A DNA stretch of 64,000 nucleotides from Escherichia coli (lineage in GTDB: Bacteria > Pseudomonadota > Gammaproteobacteria > Enterobacterales > Enterobacteriaceae): NCBI RefSeq assembly GCF_003018255.1, contig NZ_CP027440.1. The stretch is one strand, 5' to 3'. The notes beneath the pieces are model-generated. The model was not told the origin of the DNA and searched no databases. It saw only the letters and a program-made list of their open reading frames with translations. Below, in pieces: positions 23,942 through 33,160 of the stretch. Both the position numbers and the translations under genes were made by a program. Position 1 is the stretch's first letter, and every line of letters begins with the position of its first letter.

Positions 23942-24334
23942 TTACGGATTTACTTTGCGGATCTGTTTGACGTCAATTTCAACAGAGTTCCAGTCTTTAT
24001 CGACTTCACCCTGAATCTCAACTGTATCTTTCGGCGTCACCGTCACGCCGTTCCAGCGTTTGTGGTCGATATCAACATTGATAGTACCGCTGGCATCTTT
24101 GAACACGTAGAGATCGTCAGAGATGCGTTCAACGATATTGCCGCGCAGGGTTACCCAGGTGTCGTCACGCAGGGATTTTGCGCTTTCTACGGTCGTTACG
24201 CTGCCGTTCGGCCCCTGGAATCCTCCGGCCTGACTTTGCGTTGCCGATGGGCCAGAAAAACCGCCCTGCTCTGCTGCCATCACCGGTGCGCTGCACAGGG
24301 CCATTACTGCGATTACTGCTGCGAATTTTTTCAT
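23942..24334 (-). CDS. ygiW: BOF (OB-fold) periplasmic stress protein YgiW (130 aa)
   Basis: Track ORF 149 aa; start set at MKKFAAVIAVMALCSAPVMA signal peptide matching known YgiW. Confidence 0.88.
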   Translation of the reverse strand: MKKFAAVIAVMALCSAPVMAAEQGGFSGPSATQSQAGGFQGPNGSVTTVESAKSLRDDTWVTLRGNIVERISDDLYVFKDASGTINVDIDHKRWNGVTVTPKDTVEIQGEVDKDWNSVEIDVKQIRKVNP

Positions 24335-24485
24335 GTTTATTACTCCCTTTAATGTCTGTTTCCGAGCATTTAACAAGATAGTCCTTAACAACTTCTTAAG
24401 GGAAAAAAATAAAATTTAATGCTGTACAGAGCGCGTTACAACACGGTTTACTGGCAGCAAATACGGTTATCGCAGGGATGAAAAA

Positions 24486-25145
24486 ATGCGAATTTTACTG
24501 ATAGAAGATGACATGCTGATTGGCGACGGCATCAAAACGGGCCTTAGTAAAATGGGTTTTAGCATCGACTGGTTTACACAAGGTCGTCAGGGAAAAGAGG
24601 CGCTATATAGCGCGCCTTATGATGCGGTGATCCTGGATTTAACCTTACCAGGCATGGATGGTCGCGATATTTTGCGCGAATGGCGAGAAAAAGGTCAGCG
24701 TGAGCCGGTACTGATCCTGACCGCGCGCGATGCGCTGGCGGAACGTGTAGAAGGGCTGCGTCTGGGAGCTGACGATTATCTGTGTAAACCTTTTGCGTTG
24801 ATAGAAGTCGCCGCCAGGCTGGAAGCTCTGATGCGCCGAACCAACGGCCAGGCCAGCAACGAGCTGCGCCACGGCAACGTCATGCTCGACCCCGGCAAAC
24901 GTATCGCCACGCTGGCTGGCGAACCCTTAACGCTGAAACCAAAAGAATTTGCCCTGCTGGAATTACTGATGCGTAACGCTGGTCGGGTACTGCCGCGCAA
25001 ACTGATTGAAGAGAAACTGTATACCTGGGACGAAGAGGTCACCAGTAATGCCGTTGAAGTGCATGTGCATCATCTGCGACGCAAACTCGGCAGTGATTTT
25101 ATTCGTACCGTTCATGGTATTGGCTACACATTAGGTGAGAAATGA
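24486..25145 (+). CDS. qseB: Two-component response regulator QseB (219 aa)
   Basis: ORF track 219 aa; OmpR-family receiver plus winged helix; overlaps qseC start by 4 nt. Confidence 0.95.
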   Translation: MRILLIEDDMLIGDGIKTGLSKMGFSIDWFTQGRQGKEALYSAPYDAVILDLTLPGMDGRDILREWREKGQREPVLILTARDALAERVEGLRLGADDYLCKPFALIEVAARLEALMRRTNGQASNELRHGNVMLDPGKRIATLAGEPLTLKPKEFALLELLMRNAGRVLPRKLIEEKLYTWDEEVTSNAVEVHVHHLRRKLGSDFIRTVHGIGYTLGEK

Positions 25146-26491
25146 AATTTACCCAACGTCTTAGTCTGCGAGTCAGGCTGACGCTAATCTTTTTAATTCT
25201 GGCCTCAGTGACCTGGCTGCTTTCCAGCTTTGTCGCCTGGAAACAAACAACGGATAACGTCGATGAGTTGTTCGACACCCAACTGATGCTGTTTGCCAAA
25301 CGGTTAAGTACGCTCGATCTCAACGAAATCAACGCGGCAGATCGCATGGCACAGACGCCAAATAAATTAAAACACGGTCATGTTGATGACGATGCGCTGA
25401 CCTTTGCCATCTTTACCCACGACGGCAGAATGGTCCTTAACGATGGCGATAACGGAGAAGATATTCCCTATAGCTATCAACGGGAAGGTTTTGCTAACGG
25501 GCAACTGGTCGGTGAAGACGATCCCTGGCGTTTTGTCTGGATGACCTCACCTGATGGCAAATATCGCATCGTTGTTGGTCAGGAATGGGAATACCGCGAA
25601 GACATGGCGCTGGCGATTGTTGCCGGGCAATTGATCCCGTGGCTTGTCGCACTGCCGATTATGTTAATCATCATGATGGTACTACTGGGTCGTGAACTCG
25701 CGCCGCTGAACAAACTGGCGCTGGCACTACGTATGCGTGACCCTGACTCGGAAAAACCACTAAACGCGACGGGCGTACCCAGCGAAGTGCGTCCACTGGT
25801 TGAGTCGTTGAATCAACTGTTCGCCCGCACACATGCGATGATGGTTCGTGAACGACGCTTTACCTCCGACGCAGCTCACGAACTTCGTAGCCCGTTAACG
25901 GCGCTGAAAGTGCAAACCGAAGTTGCGCAGCTCTCTGACGATGATCCGCAGGCGCGGAAAAAAGCGCTGCTTCAATTACATTCCGGAATCGATCGTGCTA
26001 CTCGTCTGGTTGATCAACTGCTCACGCTATCGCGGCTGGACTCACTGGATAACCTTCAGGACGTCGCGGAGATCCCGCTTGAAGATCTCCTGCAATCGTC
26101 GGTGATGGATATTTACCACACGGCGCAGCAGGCGAAAATTGACGTGCGACTGACACTCAAAGCCAACGGCATCAAACGCACCGGACAACCGCTATTGCTA
26201 AGTTTGTTGGTGCGAAATTTGCTGGATAACGCCGTGCGCTACAGTCCACAAGGTAGCGTGGTAGACGTCACGCTGAATGCCGATAATTTCATCGTGAGGG
26301 ATAACGGCCCCGGTGTGACACCAGAGGCATTGGCGCGAATTGGCGAACGCTTCTATCGCCCACCCGGACAAACCGCTACCGGCAGTGGACTTGGGCTATC
26401 GATTGTCCAGCGAATCGCCAAGCTGCATGACATGAATGTTGAATTTGGGAATGCGGAACAAGGTGGATTTGAGGCGAAGGTAAGCTGGTAA
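25142..26491 (+). CDS. qseC: Sensor histidine kinase QseC (449 aa)
   Basis: ORF track 449 aa; HAMP/HisKA/HATPase architecture; recognised sequence. Confidence 0.95.
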   Translation: MKFTQRLSLRVRLTLIFLILASVTWLLSSFVAWKQTTDNVDELFDTQLMLFAKRLSTLDLNEINAADRMAQTPNKLKHGHVDDDALTFAIFTHDGRMVLNDGDNGEDIPYSYQREGFANGQLVGEDDPWRFVWMTSPDGKYRIVVGQEWEYREDMALAIVAGQLIPWLVALPIMLIIMMVLLGRELAPLNKLALALRMRDPDSEKPLNATGVPSEVRPLVESLNQLFARTHAMMVRERRFTSDAAHELRSPLTALKVQTEVAQLSDDDPQARKKALLQLHSGIDRATRLVDQLLTLSRLDSLDNLQDVAEIPLEDLLQSSVMDIYHTAQQAKIDVRLTLKANGIKRTGQPLLLSLLVRNLLDNAVRYSPQGSVVDVTLNADNFIVRDNGPGVTPEALARIGERFYRPPGQTATGSGLGLSIVQRIAKLHDMNVEFGNAEQGGFEAKVSW

Positions 26492-26496
26492 CTTCT

Positions 26497-26538
26497 CTGT
26501 CTATGAGAGCCGTTAAAACGACTCTCATAGACTTTACT
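26497..26538. terminator. Hairpin (10-bp perfect stem) between convergent qseC and ygiZ
   Basis: Seen in sequence: tctatgagag ... ctctcataga inverted repeat immediately after the qseC stop; no strong T-run. Confidence 0.35.
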
Positions 26539-26869
26539 AATAGCAAAATATAAACCGTCCCCAAAAAAGCCACCAACCACAACCCAGACAAATAACGAGC
26601 GAGAATACATATAGCCAAAACTCGAACATTTCCCGCATAAAGAGTTTTCTTAAGATAAGAATAATAAGTGGTGTCAGAAGAAAAAATGCTGCAATCATTG
26701 CTTGCAATATACGATCTTCGCCTGAAACAGAAGGTATACTGCAAATATTGTCTCCCGACTCAAGCATCCAGTCATACTTATTGAAAGCAAAAAAAGAATC
26801 TATTAACCAATAAGTAAGCATTATATATAATAGTGCTTCAAATATTGATAGTAGTTGTTTTTTTAACAT
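26537..26869 (-). CDS. ygiZ: Small inner-membrane protein YgiZ (110 aa, about 3 TM segments); here the third gene of the hcp module
   Basis: ORF track 110 aa; hydrophobic segments; ATG lies 6 nt after the stop of the upstream 236-aa gene; AT-rich like the insert. Confidence 0.85.
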   Translation of the reverse strand: MLKKQLLSIFEALLYIMLTYWLIDSFFAFNKYDWMLESGDNICSIPSVSGEDRILQAMIAAFFLLTPLIILILRKLFMREMFEFWLYVFSLVICLGCGWWLFWGRFIFCY

Positions 26870-26875
26870 ATCTGA

Positions 26876-27586
26876 TTACTCATTAATCAATTTTTTGATA
26901 TGTTCTCTAATCTCTAACAACCTCATACCATAAGAGATGAATTTATAATCATCTGTATCACGCGCAGGCAAATTATTAATTAAACAAATAAAAAAGCCCA
27001 AATCTCGTTCAACACCACGATTATATCTAATACCAGCCATAATATACTGCTCATTCGTCATATACAGTGTTGCCGAAGAGGGATAATCAAAAAGGACAAG
27101 ATCTCTTAAATAAGTAGCAGCAATTTGAAAGGTAAAATCATCCTCCATTAGGCATGTCGCTAACTCTAACTGATTTCTGGTAGTTAATTCTGAAGGGTCT
27201 AGACCTAGAGTAATCGCTGCGGTTCGTATTTGTATACCCATTGAGCCAAATGATGTTTTATTTTCAGGCATATCTAACAATCCCATCATTCTTTTTGTTT
27301 CATATATCTGAAACTTATAATTTTCAGGCATACCTCCTGACTCAATCCAGGCCACGCCGCCCAGTAACTCTGGACGAATTCCAGCGGCGTATGCATGTTT
27401 AATTATTTTGTCTCTATTATATTGTACATATGCATCTTTATAAGCATTTAAATAATATACTCCTGAACGGCGACGCGAATCATTTTTTCCTAACTTCCAG
27501 AGTAAAACGTCCATTTCATCCCATTTACGGAACTTCGCTTGTGGAATTGTACAATATCTATTTTTTATAGTGAGATCGCTTTTCAT
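26876..27586 (-). CDS. Hypothetical protein (236 aa from ATG; track ORF extends to a TTG at 27613); possible lysozyme-like / lytic-transglycosylase-like T6SS cargo
   Basis: ATG begins 2 nt after the hcp stop; no signal peptide; contains V-x3-E-S-x3-P (VAWIESGGMP) followed by GSMGIQIRTAAITLGL and IRYNRG, reminiscent of SLT-domain motifs (ES...GLMQ...AYNxG). The family assignment is inference only. Confidence 0.6.
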   Translation of the reverse strand: MKSDLTIKNRYCTIPQAKFRKWDEMDVLLWKLGKNDSRRRSGVYYLNAYKDAYVQYNRDKIIKHAYAAGIRPELLGGVAWIESGGMPENYKFQIYETKRMMGLLDMPENKTSFGSMGIQIRTAAITLGLDPSELTTRNQLELATCLMEDDFTFQIAATYLRDLVLFDYPSSATLYMTNEQYIMAGIRYNRGVERDLGFFICLINNLPARDTDDYKFISYGMRLLEIREHIKKLINE

Positions 27587-27588
27587 AT

Positions 27589-28068
27589 TTAAAAAATCCT
27601 TTCTTCCCAACAACTATATGATTCCGTACTCGCGATATGGTGCTTCCATGTTATATTTTTATAATTAAGAACAATGACCTCTTCCGGCTGATTACCCGCA
27701 TGTGTAATTGAGTGTGGATAACATGTCAGAATATTCGATAAATGTGCTCCTTGCAATTCAATTGTGTAAAACCTTTCAATACAACCGCCAGAATTAACTC
27801 TATAAAAATTAAATACAGCTGATAACTCTTCATTTTCAGAAAGAGCGGCATTTAATAAAGGGGAGGATTTATCTATTGGCTTGTAAAATTTTATGGGGTG
27901 ATGCACTACATTATACTCTCGACTTAAAGAATGGTCGAACTGTAAAACAAAAATTTCATCCACATGATTTATTTGATATTTATTACCAATAGATGCATAC
28001 GAACCACAACCCTCAGAGATCAAACCTTGTATTTTCCCTTTAATTGATAAGTATATGATATTTGACAT
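27589..28068 (-). CDS. hcp: Hcp family type VI secretion tube/effector-carrier protein (159 aa), orphan copy
   Basis: 159 aa, typical Hcp size; blocks HPIKFYKPIDKSSPLL and LNYKNITWKH...SYSCWEER align with canonical Hcp motifs (TPFxFTKEIDxSSPxL, ITWTY...SWNER); GGAG Shine-Dalgarno upstream of ATG; no other T6SS structural gene in the window. Confidence 0.85.
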   Translation of the reverse strand: MSNIIYLSIKGKIQGLISEGCGSYASIGNKYQINHVDEIFVLQFDHSLSREYNVVHHPIKFYKPIDKSSPLLNAALSENEELSAVFNFYRVNSGGCIERFYTIELQGAHLSNILTCYPHSITHAGNQPEEVIVLNYKNITWKHHIASTESYSCWEERIF

Positions 28069-28317
28069 ATATATTCTCCATAATCATTTTTTCCGAAAAA
28101 CTCCTGTATCATTTGCATAATACATCTCTCCTGTGGGAGCTTATGGGAAGTTGATTTAAGTATTGTCATTTTCAGAAAATATTTATCCCGCATCGGTGAA
28201 TCAGAGAAAGATCAGACTTTTGCTAAATTCGCAAAAGACTTTGCACATTTTGCTAATTTCACCGTACCGCTCTGTGACGTACTATAGTCGGCAAACGTCT
28301 CACCTTGAGGTTAAAAA

Positions 28318-28899
28318 ATGAGCAACATCCTGATTATCAACGGCGCGAAAAAATTCGCCCACTCCAATGGTCAACTGAACGACACCCTGACCGAAGTCGC
28401 GGATGGCACACTGCGCGACCTCGGGCATGATGTCCGCATTGTTCGCGCCGACAGCGACTACGATGTCAAAGCGGAAGTACAAAACTTTCTCTGGGCTGAT
28501 GTGGTGATCTGGCAGATGCCTGGCTGGTGGATGGGCGCGCCGTGGACAGTGAAAAAATATATTGATGATGTATTCACCGAAGGTCACGGGACTCTGTATG
28601 CCAGCGATGGTCGTACCCGCAAAGATCCATCAAAAAAATACGGTTCCGGCGGCCTGGTACAGGGCAAAAAATATATGCTTTCTCTGACCTGGAACGCACC
28701 AATGGAAGCCTTCACCGAAAAAGATCAGTTCTTCCACGGCGTTGGTGTTGACGGTGTGTACCTGCCGTTCCATAAAGCAAACCAGTTCCTTGGCATGGAA
28801 CCGCTGCCGACATTTATCGCTAATGACGTGATAAAAATGCCTGATGTTCCCCGCTATACTGAAGAATATCGCAAGCATCTTGTGGAAATTTTTGGTTAA
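28318..28899 (+). CDS. mdaB: NADPH:quinone oxidoreductase MdaB (193 aa)
   Basis: ORF track 193 aa; recognised sequence. Confidence 0.95.
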   Translation: MSNILIINGAKKFAHSNGQLNDTLTEVADGTLRDLGHDVRIVRADSDYDVKAEVQNFLWADVVIWQMPGWWMGAPWTVKKYIDDVFTEGHGTLYASDGRTRKDPSKKYGSGGLVQGKKYMLSLTWNAPMEAFTEKDQFFHGVGVDGVYLPFHKANQFLGMEPLPTFIANDVIKMPDVPRYTEEYRKHLVEIFG

Positions 28900-28929
28900 C
28901 TAGAGCTCTGGCTTTAGAAGGAGTTAACC

Positions 28930-29244
28930 ATGATTACAGTAATCGCAGAAATCCGTACTCGTCCTGGTCAACATCACCGTCAGGCAGTGTTGGATCAGTT
29001 TGCTAAAATCGTTCCAACCGTACTGAAAGAAGAAGGTTGCCACGGCTATGCGCCAATGGTGGATTGCGCTGCTGGCGTGAGTTTCCAGTCTATGGCACCG
29101 GATTCTATCGTGATGATTGAGCAGTGGGAAAGCATCGCGCATCTTGAAGCGCATCTGCAAACCCCGCACATGAAAGCATATAGCGAAGCCGTAAAAGGTG
29201 ACGTGCTGGAGATGAATATTCGTATCCTGCAGCCGGGGCTTTGA
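28930..29244 (+). CDS. ygiN: Quinol monooxygenase YgiN (104 aa)
   Basis: ORF track 104 aa; ABM-domain sequence recognised. Confidence 0.93.
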   Translation: MITVIAEIRTRPGQHHRQAVLDQFAKIVPTVLKEEGCHGYAPMVDCAAGVSFQSMAPDSIVMIEQWESIAHLEAHLQTPHMKAYSEAVKGDVLEMNIRILQPGL

Positions 29245-29288
29245 CATTTCTAAAAAGAGGCCGGTGCTGCTACCGGTCTCAGCCCAGA

Positions 29289-30176
29289 TTAGCCATTCTT
29301 TCTTCCCGTTTTCAGTCCTCGATGGAAATCGTTAATTCGCTTAATGGTTTTAACCGCACGCTGCGGCACTGCGGAAGCTACCGACCAGACAATCATTTCC
29401 AGACACAACAATACCGTACCATGTAGCGGCGTTTTCCCTTTTTCATCCCCGCGCGGAACATGAATCACGATACTGGCGTCTTTGCTAAAACGTGAATCCA
29501 GCGCGTTTGTCAGCAAAATAACAGGGATCCCTAGCCGCCTCGCCTCACGAAGCGTTGTCAGCCCTTCCCGGTGCGCTGATTTTTGCGCCATCATGATCAG
29601 AACATCGCCACGTTGAAGCGCGATCAGTTGCTCGGCAAGGCCAATACCCGTACGGTTTAGTGCCGTGGCAGGCAAACCTATGCGGTTGAATAGTCGTGCG
29701 GTATAGTCCGCCAGAATACCCGAAGCGCCAATGCCAAAAATTGCGACTTGCCGTGCCTGCACCAACAACGCTACAGCTTGCGCAAGCGCGTGGCGGTTTT
29801 CAGGCTCTGACAGGACATTACAGGTATACAAATGCCCTTCAAGAACAAAGTCGATTGCGGTGTTAACATCGCTCGTCAAGTTACTCACCGTCGTAGACAT
29901 CTTTTCGCTGGAACTAAGGGCTGGACCAAGCCACTGTTCCAGAGTGCGTTTCAGATCACGCAGCCCGGCAAACCCCAGGGCCTGTATAGCCCTGATAACT
30001 GTGGCATCGGAAGTGTTCAACGTGGCCGCAATTTCCATCGCCGTTTGCTCGAGTACCACTTCACGATGCTCATTAATGTAGCTGGCGACAACTCTTAACC
30101 CAGGCGTTAACTGACTCGCGCGAGTGCGAAAACGCTCACCAAAAATATCAACCCGCACTTTATCTTTCTGGATCAT
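29289..30176 (-). CDS. RpiR/MurR-family transcriptional regulator (HTH_6 plus SIS domain), 295 aa
   Basis: N-terminal RpiR-type HTH (TSDATVIRAIQALGFAGLRDLK) and C-terminal SIS domain; the start ATG overlaps the stop of the upstream substrate-binding gene in an ATGA arrangement. Confidence 0.82.
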   Translation of the reverse strand: MIQKDKVRVDIFGERFRTRASQLTPGLRVVASYINEHREVVLEQTAMEIAATLNTSDATVIRAIQALGFAGLRDLKRTLEQWLGPALSSSEKMSTTVSNLTSDVNTAIDFVLEGHLYTCNVLSEPENRHALAQAVALLVQARQVAIFGIGASGILADYTARLFNRIGLPATALNRTGIGLAEQLIALQRGDVLIMMAQKSAHREGLTTLREARRLGIPVILLTNALDSRFSKDASIVIHVPRGDEKGKTPLHGTVLLCLEMIVWSVASAVPQRAVKTIKRINDFHRGLKTGRKNG

Positions 30177-31120
30177 TTAGCCTCCGGTAGAGGTCGCCCT
30201 GCAATTTGTGATTGTATCTGCGCAGCCATCAGCCCCAGAGATGCAAAGGAGTTAGAAATTGCCTCTTCACGAGAAATCAGCACATAACGCCCGGAACGAC
30301 AGGCAGTCAGAAACTGACACCATCCCGGCATGACTTTTTCCATTGCTGCCAGCTCATCCTGAGGTTTACCACCGGTGTCACCGCGCCAGGTTGCAAAAAC
30401 AAAATCGGCATCCAGTTCAGGTAAACGCTCCGCGCTCACATCCATTCGCCCACCTTCAGGAATGCTCTCAATCAGCGGCGGAAAACGAAAACCCGCATCG
30501 CGTAATACCCGCCCCAGCGAATGATAGCTATGCATCACATTAATTTTTCCCTGGTTTGCCTGAATCACCGATACCGTTATTTTTTGGCTGTCCAGCGTCG
30601 CCTTCAGCGCATTGATTTGTGCCTGATAGCGGCGTTCAAGTATCGCCAGCTGCGACTGCGTTCCTGTAAGTCCTGCCAGCTTGCGATAGATTTCTGGCGC
30701 ACCCCCTTTGAGATGATCAATGCTCACCGTGGGCGCAATTTTTTCAAGTTGTTCAATGGGCGTATTACGGGTCGGTTCTGTGATGATCAGGTCAGGCTTT
30801 GCCGCCACAATCGCTTCAATATCAATATCAGCGGTACCAATAAAGGCGATCGATGAATTATCAAAGTCGACACCTGTCAATAACGCGCCAGATCGAATGA
30901 AATGGCTACCGTCAGGCCGAGTTCGCCCGTGGCTGGCGACAGGAGGTACACCGAGCTCAATCAGAGGAATAGTGATATCAAGATCGTGTAAAGAGACAAT
31001 TCTCTTTGGATGAGCAGGAACAGTGACTTTGCGCCCTAAATCATCAGTAAATACCTGAACAGGTTCTGTTGCACGGGAAAAAAATGACAACAGTATCAGC
31101 AGAGAAAAAAATAAACGCAT
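30173..31120 (-). CDS. Periplasmic iron-siderophore/cobalamin-type ABC substrate-binding protein (FecB/FhuD-like), about 315 aa
   Basis: Start set at MRLFFSLLILLSFFSRA signal peptide with GGGAG Shine-Dalgarno (track ORF extends to 31183); class III binding-protein-like sequence; operon context with FecCD permeases. Confidence 0.82.
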   Translation of the reverse strand: MRLFFSLLILLSFFSRATEPVQVFTDDLGRKVTVPAHPKRIVSLHDLDITIPLIELGVPPVASHGRTRPDGSHFIRSGALLTGVDFDNSSIAFIGTADIDIEAIVAAKPDLIITEPTRNTPIEQLEKIAPTVSIDHLKGGAPEIYRKLAGLTGTQSQLAILERRYQAQINALKATLDSQKITVSVIQANQGKINVMHSYHSLGRVLRDAGFRFPPLIESIPEGGRMDVSAERLPELDADFVFATWRGDTGGKPQDELAAMEKVMPGWCQFLTACRSGRYVLISREEAISNSFASLGLMAAQIQSQIAGRPLPEAK

Positions 31121-31130
31121 ATAACTCCCG

Positions 31131-32180
31131 TTAAAAACTGTTCCTGCGCTGCCAGAGCAGTAGCAAAAAAAATGGTCCACCAATCAGTGAGATAATGATT
31201 CCGGCAGGCAGTTGCAAAGGCAAAAAAGCCAAACGACCAATGCTATCCGCCAGAATAACTAACAACGCCCCCGATACCGCGCTCCCCAGCAGTAATGTCG
31301 TCTGCCCGCCACGTAGAATAAAACGTGATATATGGGGTGCTATCAATCCGACAAAACCGATGTTACCAACACACGAAACGCAGACGGCTGTCAGGATTAT
31401 TGGTGCGGCGACACGTAACAACGCCAGACGAGAACTATTCACCCCTAACCCGGTTGCAACCTGATGACCAAGCAGAGCGATATCCGCCGTCCTGGCGGTG
31501 AACAGCAATAAAAGAGCGGCTGGCAACATCCAACAGGCTGAAATACCGACTAACATCCAGTTAGCTGCATGCAGGCTTCCCGATAACCACATCAATGCAG
31601 TTTGTACATCTCGAACATCTGCAGTGGTCATAAATACACCGATACCGGCGGCGAAAAACCAGGAAACACCAATACCAATCAGAACAAATCGCGGGCGGGA
31701 AATATCGCGCGCACAAAAAATCACGATTAAAGCCACCAACAAGCCACCAGCAAGACCAGCCACTGGACGCCAGAACATTCCCAGCATTGGAAACTGGAAA
31801 ATCAGCCACAGCACCGCCACGCTACATCCTTCTTTGACGCCGATTAAACCAGGATCGGCAAGGCCGTTACGCGCAATGGATTGCATCGCGGCCCCCGCCA
31901 TACCTAACATGGCTCCGCATAGCAATGCCATGATGACTCTCGGCAAGCGAATATCCTGCACAATATAACGTGCGTCTGTGCTTACGTTTTCTGGAGCAAA
32001 CAACGCTCGTCCTACTTCCGATGCCGGGACAGAAAAAGAACCCTGCATCAGACCGAATATCAGTATTCCAACCGCAAACAGAAACAGCCCACCAAGCAAC
32101 AGCAGATTTTTAGGGCGTACCAGTGTCGAAAACTTACCAACACGTAGTGGGCGTAGCCCGACGTTCATTATCCGACTCAT
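31131..32180 (-). CDS. FecCD-family ABC permease (349 aa)
   Basis: Polytopic membrane protein; FecCD/BtuC-type sequence; start overlaps the upstream permease stop. Confidence 0.85.
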   Translation of the reverse strand: MSRIMNVGLRPLRVGKFSTLVRPKNLLLLGGLFLFAVGILIFGLMQGSFSVPASEVGRALFAPENVSTDARYIVQDIRLPRVIMALLCGAMLGMAGAAMQSIARNGLADPGLIGVKEGCSVAVLWLIFQFPMLGMFWRPVAGLAGGLLVALIVIFCARDISRPRFVLIGIGVSWFFAAGIGVFMTTADVRDVQTALMWLSGSLHAANWMLVGISACWMLPAALLLLFTARTADIALLGHQVATGLGVNSSRLALLRVAAPIILTAVCVSCVGNIGFVGLIAPHISRFILRGGQTTLLLGSAVSGALLVILADSIGRLAFLPLQLPAGIIISLIGGPFFLLLLWQRRNSF

Positions 32181-33160
32181 TTGAACATCCTCGTCGCCAT
32201 AATGACAAAAACAGGCGCACCAACTAACGCCGTCATGACACCGGTCGCTAACTCATGGGGCGTGAAAAGCGTCCGGGCAATAATATCTGCCAGTAATAAC
32301 AAAAGTGCGCCGACACAAGCTGAAAGAGGGAGCAGAACGCGCAGATCCGCTGATACCAGACGCCGGACAATCTGCGGTACCAACAGGCCGACAAAACCAA
32401 TGGGGCCAGCAATCGATACGGCTGCGCCACAGAGCAACGCGATCGCAAGCAGGGTAAATGTTCGCGTGCGGAGTACAGAGACGCCCAGCCCCTGCGCCAT
32501 GCGATCGCCCAGTGCCAACATGTTAAGGTAGGGTGCAAGGTAAAGGGCTAACACAAATCCCCCCAGAGAAAACCAGGCGGACGTACCCAGCGTCGCCCAA
32601 TCCTGCCCCGCTAAATCACCTGCTAGCCATGTCCGCATCGCCAGCAGTGTTTGTTCGTCAAGAATCAGGATTGCAGCCGTTATTGAGGACACGAACGCCG
32701 ATAGCGCCACGCCGCATAAAGTAACTTTCATTGGCGTTACCCCTGAACGCCCTGCGGAGGAAAGCAGCAATATCAACAGGAACAATAACGCGCCCCCCGT
32801 AGATGCCAGCAGTGGGCGTCCAACCGGAAAGGCCAGTCCAAGCGCACTGGCGGCAACGACAGCAAGAGCGGCTCCGGCATTTAAGCCTAAAATATGTGGC
32901 TCCCCCAATGGGTTACGAATGACAGCCTGCAACAAAGCACCAGCAACACCAAGAGAAGCACCGGTAAGCAATGCTGCCGCTAAACGCGGCAAACGGAGTC
33001 TTACAATTACGTTGTGATCGAAGTTTTGCGGATCAAAATGAAGAAATGCCTGCAACACCGTTTGTGGTGCAATAAATCGGGCACCAATCCCTGGATATAC
33101 CACGCATCCCACCAGCAGTAAGGCGAGGAAAATTACAGTAACCAGCCCTGTGCGCATCAT
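32177..33160 (-). CDS. FecCD-family ABC permease (327 aa)
   Basis: Polytopic membrane protein paralogous to the adjacent permease; start overlaps the ATPase stop. Confidence 0.85.
   Translation of the reverse strand: MMRTGLVTVIFLALLLVGCVVYPGIGARFIAPQTVLQAFLHFDPQNFDHNVIVRLRLPRLAAALLTGASLGVAGALLQAVIRNPLGEPHILGLNAGAALAVVAASALGLAFPVGRPLLASTGGALLFLLILLLSSAGRSGVTPMKVTLCGVALSAFVSSITAAILILDEQTLLAMRTWLAGDLAGQDWATLGTSAWFSLGGFVLALYLAPYLNMLALGDRMAQGLGVSVLRTRTFTLLAIALLCGAAVSIAGPIGFVGLLVPQIVRRLVSADLRVLLPLSACVGALLLLLADIIARTLFTPHELATGVMTALVGAPVFVIMATRMFK

Larger units (their letters stand above)
26876..28068 (-). other. AT-rich 1.2-kb accessory insert (hcp plus putative effector) between ygiZ and mdaB, absent from K-12 at this position
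   Basis: Inference from remembered K-12 gene order (ygiZ directly followed by mdaB) plus the low GC content seen in the sequence; no integrase or direct repeats seen. Confidence 0.6.

Noticed and set aside
27589-28068. Possibility that the 159-aa protein is a phage tail-tube protein rather than T6SS Hcp
   Set aside because: No phage structural, integrase or lysis genes nearby; the sequence blocks match Hcp-specific motifs; insert is only two genes.
28241-28260. Mar/Sox box-like motif (ttgcacattttgctaatttc) upstream of mdaB
   Set aside because: mdaB is a known mar regulon member, but the motif match by eye is too weak to report as a feature.
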